A DNA stretch of 28,304 nt from contig CAZBBK010000001.1 in the NCBI GenBank assembly GCA_964490075.1, positions 248,001-276,304 of the forward strand, in the 5' to 3' direction. This DNA comes from an uncultured Gemmatimonadota bacterium. GTDB taxonomy: Bacteria > GCA-2686955. How positions within the stretch are numbered: the stretch's first letter is position 1; each line of letters starts with the position of its first letter. The notes under the pieces are model-generated. The model worked only from the letters and a program-made list of their open reading frames with translations, had not been told where the DNA came from and searched no databases. Position numbers and translations under genes: made by a program. Positions 1 to 6,961 of the stretch are shown in pieces.

Positions 1-2
1 AC

Positions 3-743
3 GGCGCAACCGCCGATTCGCCAAACCAAATCCTGCAAGGAGGCGGCAATGTCTACTGGGCGAATGAACCGGCACAGCGCGGGCCGGTGCTGATTCCCGC
101 CAACCGGCTGCCCGGCGATCGCGACATCGATCCCTTGCTGCGCGACCCGGCGATCGGAGATTTCACGCCGCTGCCCGGCTCACCCTTGGTGAACGCCGGC
201 CCCGCGATGCTCGACCCCGGGCCCGCCGGCGGGCCGCGCGCTGATGTCGGCGCCGTGGAGCTGCCTTATCCGCTGGTCGCGCCGATCGAAGTGTCGCTGG
301 TCGGAGAGCTGCCGCCGCTGACCGGCGGCGAGCCCTTCGACTGGTCGTATCGGCTCATCAGCCGCGCCGACACCAGCGCCGGTTACGATGTCGTGCCGAG
401 CATCATCGGCGACGGGTCGGCGTTGGTCGAGCTCGATACCGATCGCGCCACGCTGGATCCGGGCGACACACTGGATGTCGCGCGCAGCGATCTGTTGCCC
501 GATCTGCTGCCGTCGGGAGACGCGCTGCTGCGCCTGCAAGTGCTCGACCGCGCCGGAGATCCGGCCGCGGCGGCGGTCGCCGAGGCCGACCTGCACCACA
601 TCCCCCGCACGCTGCGCGTCCCCGAAGACCATCCGACCATCGGCGCCGCCATTGAAAAATCGCTTCACGCCGACACCGTCGAGATCGGTCCGGGCACCTG
701 GAACGAGCTGCTGCGCCCGGCCGACCGGCGCATCGTGCTGTGA
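3..743 (+). CDS. 5'-truncated N-terminal part of a large secreted beta-helix/Ig-like repeat protein; ends at an in-frame TGA and continues in the same frame to 2321
   Basis: Frame is open from base 3. Contains the beta-helix cap motif DPLLRDPAIGDFTPLPGSPLVNAG...DVGAVE, an Ig-like segment, and the start of a new module (LRVPEDHPTIGAAIEKSLHADTVEIGPGTWNE). Confidence 0.8.
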   Translation, partial: GATADSPNQILQGGGNVYWANEPAQRGPVLIPANRLPGDRDIDPLLRDPAIGDFTPLPGSPLVNAGPAMLDPGPAGGPRADVGAVELPYPLVAPIEVSLVGELPPLTGGEPFDWSYRLISRADTSAGYDVVPSIIGDGSALVELDTDRATLDPGDTLDVARSDLLPDLLPSGDALLRLQVLDRAGDPAAAAVAEADLHHIPRTLRVPEDHPTIGAAIEKSLHADTVEIGPGTWNELLRPADRRIVL

Positions 744-794
744 TCCTCGGCCGGCGCGGAAGCGACAACGATCGACGGTGCCGGGGACGGGCCG

Positions 795-2321
795 GTGCTC
801 TTGCTGAACGAGGGCCAGGATTCCACCATGGTGATCCAGGGCCTGACCTTCAGCGGTGGATACGCCGACGCCGGCGCCGGTCTGCTGCGGGGCGGCACCT
901 CGCCGGTGCTGCGCGATCTGGTGGTGCAGGAGAACGTGGTGCCACTTCCCGCGCCCGACCCGGGCGGCGATCTCGGTGCCTCGACCTCGACCCGCGCCGA
1001 GGGCGTCGTGGGACATGGCGGCGGCATTCTGATCGCCCAGGGCACCCCTCGCATCGCCGACAGCGAGCTGCGCGACAACCGCGCCTCGATCGGCGGGGGT
1101 TTCTCGATCGTCGCCGGCATCGTGACTCTGGATCGCACCCGAGTCACTCGCAACAACGCATCGGTGGGTGGCGGCGGCATTCACGTTGGACATTCGGCGC
1201 GGCTGCTCTCGACCGAAGGGGCCGTGATCGACTTCAACGCGGTTCCCTGGCCGAGTCGGCTCTCCGGCGGTGAGGGACTCGATCTCCTCGCCGCGCCGCT
1301 CCCCGGTGCCGACGTTCGTCCCAATACCGGTGTGGCGCGACGCGCGGGAGGGATCTGGATCGAGGGCGACGCGGTCATGAGCGACGCGCTGGTTCACGCC
1401 AACCAGGCATTGATTCACGACGAGGCCGGAATCGGGGTGGGGGATGCCGCCTCTCTCTCACTCCATCGCTCCGAAGTGAGGGCCAATGGGGGCGACGGCA
1501 TCAGTGTGGAGTTCGGGGGCGCCTTGCTGCTGGATGGGGTTGCCGTCAGCGACAACACCGGGCACGGACTGCAAGGAAGTGGAGCGTTGGGCGTCGATCG
1601 ATGCTGGTTCCTTCGCAACGGCGGCGATGCGATTCACTCGGGCTCCGACAGCGACGCGGTCGTCGGCCGCACCAGCCTGGTGGCCAATCATGGTGCCGGT
1701 GTCTACGCCGCGGGCTATCGCGGCACTGTGCTCCTGACCTCGAACCTGATCGTCTCGAACGGCATTGGGGTCTCGGGCGGCTACGGACAAGATCTGGAAT
1801 CCCGCCACAACGACGTCTGGAGCAACGACGACGATTGGTACTGGTCCTACCCCGGCCCGACGGACATCTCCGTCGACCCGATCTTCCTCGACGAGGTGGC
1901 GGAGGACTACCGCATCGCCCCCTACTCTCCCCTGATCAACGCCGGCGATCCCGAGATCGCCCTCGATCCCGACTCCACGATCTGCGATATCGGCGCCGGC
2001 TGGGTCGACCAGTCGAGCGGGCTGGTGCTGACGGCGACGCCGCAGCGTCGGGTCTACTTCCCGCGCGAAAGCGCGCGCGTCATCCACCGCCTCACCGACC
2101 TCGCCGACAGCGGCTGGTCGGTCGAGCTGGAGCGCTGGATCGTGGGACCGAAGGGGGGCCGGATTCCGCTCGATGCGCTGAGCGCCAATGTGCCACCGGG
2201 CGGCTCGCTGGCCATCGAGGATTCGCTCACCATCCGCCGCGACGCGCCGCTCGGCCGCTACCTCTATTGCGTGGAGATCGAGGGGCTCACCGGCGACCAG
2301 CGCTGGGTGTGGGTCGAGTAG
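795..2321 (+). CDS. Right-handed parallel beta-helix (pectin lyase-like) repeat protein with C-terminal Ig-like domain; probably the C-terminal part of the gene starting before base 1
   Basis: GGGI/N repeats and the DPIFLDEVAEDYRIAPYSPLINAGDP...DIGA motif. Same frame as 3..743, separated by one TGA; 744-794 reads SSAGAEATTIDGAGDGP. Confidence 0.85.
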   Translation: MLLLNEGQDSTMVIQGLTFSGGYADAGAGLLRGGTSPVLRDLVVQENVVPLPAPDPGGDLGASTSTRAEGVVGHGGGILIAQGTPRIADSELRDNRASIGGGFSIVAGIVTLDRTRVTRNNASVGGGGIHVGHSARLLSTEGAVIDFNAVPWPSRLSGGEGLDLLAAPLPGADVRPNTGVARRAGGIWIEGDAVMSDALVHANQALIHDEAGIGVGDAASLSLHRSEVRANGGDGISVEFGGALLLDGVAVSDNTGHGLQGSGALGVDRCWFLRNGGDAIHSGSDSDAVVGRTSLVANHGAGVYAAGYRGTVLLTSNLIVSNGIGVSGGYGQDLESRHNDVWSNDDDWYWSYPGPTDISVDPIFLDEVAEDYRIAPYSPLINAGDPEIALDPDSTICDIGAGWVDQSSGLVLTATPQRRVYFPRESARVIHRLTDLADSGWSVELERWIVGPKGGRIPLDALSANVPPGGSLAIEDSLTIRRDAPLGRYLYCVEIEGLTGDQRWVWVE

Positions 2322-2353
2322 CCAGCCCCTTGCGCCGGGCGCCGATCCGTGTT

Positions 2354-2374
2354 TCACTGACTGCATGTCAGTGA
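2354..2374. promoter_or_regulatory. Putative TetR operator (perfect 8-bp inverted repeat) overlapping the TetR start codon and candidate -10
   Basis: TCACTGAC-TGCAT-GTCAGTGA spans the ATG at 2365. Candidate promoter: TTGCGC(2330)-N17-TTCACT(2353). Confidence 0.75.
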
Positions 2375-3009
2375 CTGGTAATCACCCAAACGCTCCCCCC
2401 ACCCGGCGCCGGCGCAAGGCCGCCACCCGAGCCGCCTTGATCCGATCGGCGCGATCCTGCTTCGAGCGCAGCGGCTACTCCGGCACCACCGTCGGCGCGA
2501 TTTCGGCGGCCGCGGGTGTCGCCCACGGCACCTTCTACGTGCACTTCGCGAACAAGGACGCGCTGCTCGACGAGCTGCTCGCAGGCTTCAACGAGCGGCT
2601 GGCGGAGAAGCTGGAGCCGATCCTGGTCGGACGGGAGCTGCCGAGCGCGGTGCGCGTCACCGCCGAGATCTTCCTCGATCACTGGGCCGCCGAGCGCTGG
2701 CTGGTCGAGTGCCTGGCCCAGCGTGCGGCGCGCGGCGTCGAGATCGGCGAGCTGCTCGAGGGCATCAACCCGCCCATGGTGCAACTCCTCGGTGCCGCGT
2801 TCGCCACCTTCCCGGCGCTGGCCGCGCTCGACGAGCTGGAGCGCGAGCTGGTGGTGCACGGCCTGCTGGCGCTCTGGCTGCGGGTGGGGTTGCGCTTCAC
2901 GCTCGCCGCCGCGCCCTCGCGCCGGCAGACCTGCGAGCTGCTCAGCGCTCTGTCGGTGGGTGCGGTCGCGGGCCTCGCCGCGGGCCGCGAGGGAGGTGGC
3001 CGACCATGA
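2365..3009 (+). CDS. TetR/AcrR family transcriptional regulator
   Basis: TRAALIRSARSCFERSGYSGTTVGAISAAAGVAHGTFYVHFANKDALL is a classic TetR HTH. ATG 2365 preferred over the ORF-track start at 2188, which overlaps the upstream gene. Confidence 0.93.
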   Translation: MSVTGNHPNAPPTRRRRKAATRAALIRSARSCFERSGYSGTTVGAISAAAGVAHGTFYVHFANKDALLDELLAGFNERLAEKLEPILVGRELPSAVRVTAEIFLDHWAAERWLVECLAQRAARGVEIGELLEGINPPMVQLLGAAFATFPALAALDELERELVVHGLLALWLRVGLRFTLAAAPSRRQTCELLSALSVGAVAGLAAGREGGGRP

Positions 3010-4253
3010 CGCGGAATCGCTCCGCCACACCCGAGGCCGTCGCCGCGCCGCAAGCAACGCCGGAGCTCGACTGGCCGGCGCTGCGGCACGAGGCGCACAC
3101 TCTGGCATGCGATCTGCTGCCGCGACTCGATCGCCCGCCCGGGCGGCTGGTGGAAGGCCACCGCAGGACCCACGCCTACTTGCGCGCCCTGCGCAACTAC
3201 GCGATCAACCGCCGCCTGGCGCGCGCCGGCCGCGAGCAATTCCGTCCCCTCTACTTCATCTGGACCACGCTCAGGCGCTGCAACTTCTCTTGCGACTACT
3301 GCGACGACCACCGAGGCCGCAAGTACCCCGACCTGCCCCTCGACGGCACGCTCGATACCGAGCAGGCCACCAAGCTCTTGCGCATCATGAGCACCGGCAC
3401 CTCGGCGCTCTATTTCTCGGGCGGCGAGCCGACTCTGCGTGCCGACCTGCCCTTGCTCACCGAGCGCACCCACGGCCTCGGCTACCACCCGATCATCGTC
3501 AACACCAACGCCAGCACCATCGACCGGCTGCTCCCGCTGCCGAGTTGGCGGCGCTGGCTGGCGCTCACCGACATGGTGATCGTCAGCCTCGACGGCCTCG
3601 ACCCGGCCGACCTGGCGGCCTCCTGGGGCTACTCCCGGCCCGCCGACGTGATCAGGAATCTGTTGCTCTTGAACGAGCTGCGCCATCCTCTGCGCTTCAA
3701 GCTGATGGTCAATACAGTGATCCGCGCGGGACGCTGCCGCGACGCGCGCGCGGTCTTGGATCTGGCGCGCCGGCTCGAGATCGGATTCTGCCCGGTCCCA
3801 CAGAACCGCCACGCCGGAATCGATCCCGCGTTGCTGAACGATCCCGAGTATCCACCCCTGGTCGAGCTGATCCTGGAGCGCAAACGCGCGGGGCAACGCA
3901 TCGCCGGCTCGCAGCGCCTGGTAGAACGCTTGCTGCGCAGCGAGCCGCTGGTATGTCGCAACACGCTCAAGCCCCACATCGACCACGACGGCACCCTGTT
4001 CTGGCCCTGCAAGTCCAGCGTCAACGTGGCACCGGCGAAGTTGAACGTGCTCGAGTTCGATTCCGTCGCCCAGCTCTGGAACCACGCATCGACTCTGATC
4101 GACCCCACCGGCTTCCACGGCCCCGGCGCCGATCGATGTGGCGGCAACTGCAACTGGGCACAGAACTACTCCACCGATGCCTACGCGTACGGTCTGCACC
4201 ACCCCTCGGCCCTGCTCGCCGAGGTCGTCAACTTCCTGCGCGCGAAACGCTGA
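3006..4253 (+). CDS. Radical SAM protein with C-terminal SPASM/Twitch-like Cys cluster
   Basis: CNFSCDYC (CxxxCxxC, 3279-3302), FSGGEPTLR, NTN and VSLDG motifs; C-terminal C...DGTLFWPC...CGGNC. ATG overlaps the TetR stop (ATGA). Confidence 0.92.
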   Translation: MTRNRSATPEAVAAPQATPELDWPALRHEAHTLACDLLPRLDRPPGRLVEGHRRTHAYLRALRNYAINRRLARAGREQFRPLYFIWTTLRRCNFSCDYCDDHRGRKYPDLPLDGTLDTEQATKLLRIMSTGTSALYFSGGEPTLRADLPLLTERTHGLGYHPIIVNTNASTIDRLLPLPSWRRWLALTDMVIVSLDGLDPADLAASWGYSRPADVIRNLLLLNELRHPLRFKLMVNTVIRAGRCRDARAVLDLARRLEIGFCPVPQNRHAGIDPALLNDPEYPPLVELILERKRAGQRIAGSQRLVERLLRSEPLVCRNTLKPHIDHDGTLFWPCKSSVNVAPAKLNVLEFDSVAQLWNHASTLIDPTGFHGPGADRCGGNCNWAQNYSTDAYAYGLHHPSALLAEVVNFLRAKR

Positions 4254-4256
4254 GTC

Positions 4257-5006
4257 TTGCCGCGTCGCAGCGCTCTCTCGATCGACGCCGCCGCGGTGCT
4301 GATCGTCAGCGTGGCGATCTGTTGCTGCGCCTCGCAGCTACACTTCATGACGGCGCTGGTGCCGCTGATCATCGCGCTGCGTCTCCTGGCGTGGCGCCGA
4401 ATCGTGCCCGGCGACTGGCCCGCCGAGCTGCTCTTCTTCGCCTGCTGCACCGCGATCGGGGCGTTCAACGACTGGTCGACGGTCGACCGCCACGGCGTTT
4501 ATCGCTACCTGGTGCCCACCTACTGGCCGGCGCTGACGACGATTCCGCTGTGGATGCTGCTCTTCTGGGGTCAGATCCTGCGCTTCGTCGCGACCCTGGC
4601 CGAGGCGTTGCGGGCGCTGCCCGGCGGGGTTCGCTTCTCGGCCCCGCGCCTGGCTCTGCAGCTGGCGATCGTCGCCCTGACCCGCTGGCAGATCCACCTC
4701 CATTTCGCCGATCCGCTGCGCTCCTGGTTGCCCTTCGCCCTGGCCCTGGCACTCTACCTGGTCGTGCTCGCGCCCGGCGCCCGCACCTGGACCCTGATCG
4801 TCCTGGCGGCGATCGTCGGTCCGGCGGTCGAGATCGCCTACATTCGCCTCGCTCACCTGCACCACTACCAGCTCGGTGTGATCGGCGGCGTGCCGATCTG
4901 GATCGCGCTCTGGTGGGTGCTCGGCACGCTGATCTGGTGCGACCTGGCGCGCTGGATTCAGGCCGGCGCGCGCCGTTGCGGCCGCGTGATCGGAGGTGCG
5001 GTCTAG
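4257..5006 (+). CDS. Multi-pass membrane protein with two DUF2878-like repeats
   Basis: Hydrophobic throughout, with two similar units (GAFNDW...YRY...IPLWMLLFW and GPAVEI...HHY...VPIWIALWW). TTG start 3 nt after the rSAM stop. Confidence 0.75.
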   Translation: MPRRSALSIDAAAVLIVSVAICCCASQLHFMTALVPLIIALRLLAWRRIVPGDWPAELLFFACCTAIGAFNDWSTVDRHGVYRYLVPTYWPALTTIPLWMLLFWGQILRFVATLAEALRALPGGVRFSAPRLALQLAIVALTRWQIHLHFADPLRSWLPFALALALYLVVLAPGARTWTLIVLAAIVGPAVEIAYIRLAHLHHYQLGVIGGVPIWIALWWVLGTLIWCDLARWIQAGARRCGRVIGGAV

Positions 5007-5545
5007 GCTCCGCGCAACGCCTCGATCACGAAGCTGATGTGCTCGTCGGGTGTAACGCCCAGGAGCCGGATCCCTTCGGCGATGTCGTCGCGGCTCACCT
5101 TGGCGGCGAACGACTTGTCTTTCAGCTTCTTCTTCACGCTCTTGGCCTTGAGCGATTCGATTCCGTCGGGACGCACCAGGCAGCAGGCGCCGATGAAGCC
5201 GGTCAGCTCGTCGCAGGCCAGCAGCGCCTTGTCGAGGGGCGAGTCGTGCGCCACGCCCCAGTCGGTGAAATGAGCGCTGATGGCGTGCGCCATCTCTTCC
5301 TCGCCGAGCGTGCCCAGATGGTCCACGATCCGCCGCGGATGCTCCTCGGGCCACTGCTCGTAGTCGGCGTCGTGCAAGAGCCCGGTGATGCCCCACAGCT
5401 CCTCGTCCGCGGCGCCGCCGCCGTAGCGATGGGCCGCGGCTCGCATCACCTTTTCGACCTCGAGCGCATGGCGCCGCAGCGCCTCGCCATGGGTCCATTC
5501 ACAGAGCAGCTCCCAAGCCGCGGCGCGGGTCATCGAGTCGGACAT
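5003..5545 (-). CDS. HD-domain (HDIG-type) metal-dependent phosphohydrolase
   Basis: RRHALEVE, GLLHDADYE, AISAH and ACDELTGF motifs; GGAGG RBS before ATG 5545; TAGAAT -10 candidate at 5581-5586. Confidence 0.92.
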   Translation of the reverse strand: MSDSMTRAAAWELLCEWTHGEALRRHALEVEKVMRAAAHRYGGGAADEELWGITGLLHDADYEQWPEEHPRRIVDHLGTLGEEEMAHAISAHFTDWGVAHDSPLDKALLACDELTGFIGACCLVRPDGIESLKAKSVKKKLKDKSFAAKVSRDDIAEGIRLLGVTPDEHISFVIEALRGA

Positions 5546-5591
5546 GGAACCTCCTGGCGGGGAAGTGGCCTGCGGCCGCCATTCTATCCGA

Positions 5592-6047
5592 TCAGTAGGT
5601 GACGATCCGAATCCGCACCATCCGCGCCCCCACATCGTCGGCGCCGCGGTAGATGGCGATGCTGGTGTCGGTCAGAGAGTGCCAGTCGAATCCGTACTGG
5701 GCGCTGCCGGTGTTGTCGACGCCGAAGCCGGCTGAGCTGATCGGCCCGGTCAGGTCGGGACGCGACTCGCAGAGCACGATATAGCGCCCGACTTCGCCCC
5801 CGACGTTGTGGTTCAGCCAGGTGTTCTCGCCCTCGGTGACGACCACCCAACCGCTGTCGTAGGCAAGGCTCGGTCCCGCGGCGTCCAGCTCCGCGACGGC
5901 TCCGCTCAGCCGCGTGACCTCGGCCCGCAGAGCTTCCAGCTCCCCGCGGCTCACCTCCACCCTTCCATCCTGGCTTCCGGCCGGGTGTGCAAGAGCGATT
6001 CCCGCGCAAGCGGCGAGCGCCAGCAGCATGGCAGTGGTGCTTCTCAT
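5592..6047 (-). CDS. Secreted hypothetical protein (signal peptide, short coiled coil, YDSGW-type beta domain)
   Basis: MRSTTAMLLALAACAGIALA signal peptide; heptad segment ELEALRAEVTRLSGAVAEL; GAGGA RBS. Confidence 0.75.
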   Translation of the reverse strand: MRSTTAMLLALAACAGIALAHPAGSQDGRVEVSRGELEALRAEVTRLSGAVAELDAAGPSLAYDSGWVVVTEGENTWLNHNVGGEVGRYIVLCESRPDLTGPISSAGFGVDNTGSAQYGFDWHSLTDTSIAIYRGADDVGARMVRIRIVTY

Positions 6048-6853
6048 CTTCTCGTCCTCGTGAATGTGATCGAATCGTGGGTGCGCGGGGCGCGCCGAAG
6101 CGAGCGGCCGCGACGGAAAAGTGGACAGGATAGCACTAATACGGCCGGCATGGGGCGGGCGCCCGGCGCGAATCCGTAGCCCAGGTAGACGGCGGTGGTT
6201 GGCGCCGCGGCGGCGATCGTGAAGCGGGTCGATCCGCCCGCGGCCAGAGGCGTGAGGGCCAGATCGAAGTCGAAGTCGGGCGCGGGGTACTGGTCGCTCG
6301 GCACCAGCGCGTAGAGACGTTCCTCGGTCATCAGGCCGTCCAGCAGGTCGGGCGGATAGAGCTGCCACTCGACCTCCTGGTCGTCGAGGCCCAGCGCGCT
6401 CCAGCGGGCGCCCGCGCTCAGACGACTCTCGAACTGCAGGTGGGCGCCGCCCGAAGTGTCGCTGATGAACCAACCGTAGTCGCGCAGGGCACGGCCGATG
6501 ATGCGCGCCGAGTCCCGGGTCCGCGGACCGAGCTCCGGCGGCAGCCCGTCGATCCAGTCCTCGATCTCCTGGTCGGCCACCCGATACACTGGATGGGTAC
6601 AGCCGTCGAAGCTCAGGTTGAAGTTGCCATTATGATGGGACGGTGCCTCTTCCCAGAGCATGCGCACATACTCCGCGGCCGGCACGCCCTTCAGCTCTTC
6701 GAGCGCCGGCAACCCCGTCACCGGCACGTTCTACGGCGCGTGGGCACCCTAAGGACGGACGTGGTGGTCGAGGGCCTGGGACAGGGCCGAATATGGGCTC
6801 ACGAGCAGCAGGGCCGGAATCGCGCACCTGCGCGCGCACAACATTCCATTCAT
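6044..6853 (-). pseudogene. Degraded gene for a secreted protein with two in-frame TAG stops
   Basis: ATG 6853 is in frame with ORF 6044..6727 and gives MNGMLCARRCAIPALLLVSPYSALSQALDHHVRP*GAHAP*NVPVTGLP. TAGs at 6749-6751 and 6731-6733. Confidence 0.7.
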
Positions 6854-6961
6854 CCAGAACGCCAATGACCAGGGGCGATTCGCCGCGCATTCGACGCCGT
6901 CCGCCCCCCCCTTTTCACGCTACTCTATCCTCGTTCGTTCACGCACGCCGCGAGAATCACC

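Noticed and set aside
741-790. Selenocysteine at TGA 741
   Set aside because: The aligned position in paralogous modules is R or S, not Cys, and there is no redox motif. The downstream hairpin is unremarkable at this GC content. Kept only as a low-probability alternative.
180-2366. ORFs 180..1418 and 1458..2366 on -
   Set aside because: Antisense to the beta-helix gene, with no motifs.
3006-4253. Assigning the rSAM as HpnH, MoaA, PqqE or a RiPP maturase
   Set aside because: Diagnostic motifs and pathway neighbours (hpn, moa or pqq genes, precursor peptide, RRE domain) are not evident.
2516-5602. 1028-aa ORF on +
   Set aside because: R/A/P-rich off-frame shadow overlapping four genes with clear family motifs.
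741-6751. Genome-wide stop-codon reassignment (TGA or TAG) explaining the in-frame stops
   Set aside because: TGA and TAG both end clearly complete genes here (e.g. TGA at 3009, 4253 and 26874; TAG at 2321, 10883 and 25095), and the two TAGs would need different amino acids (Y and W).
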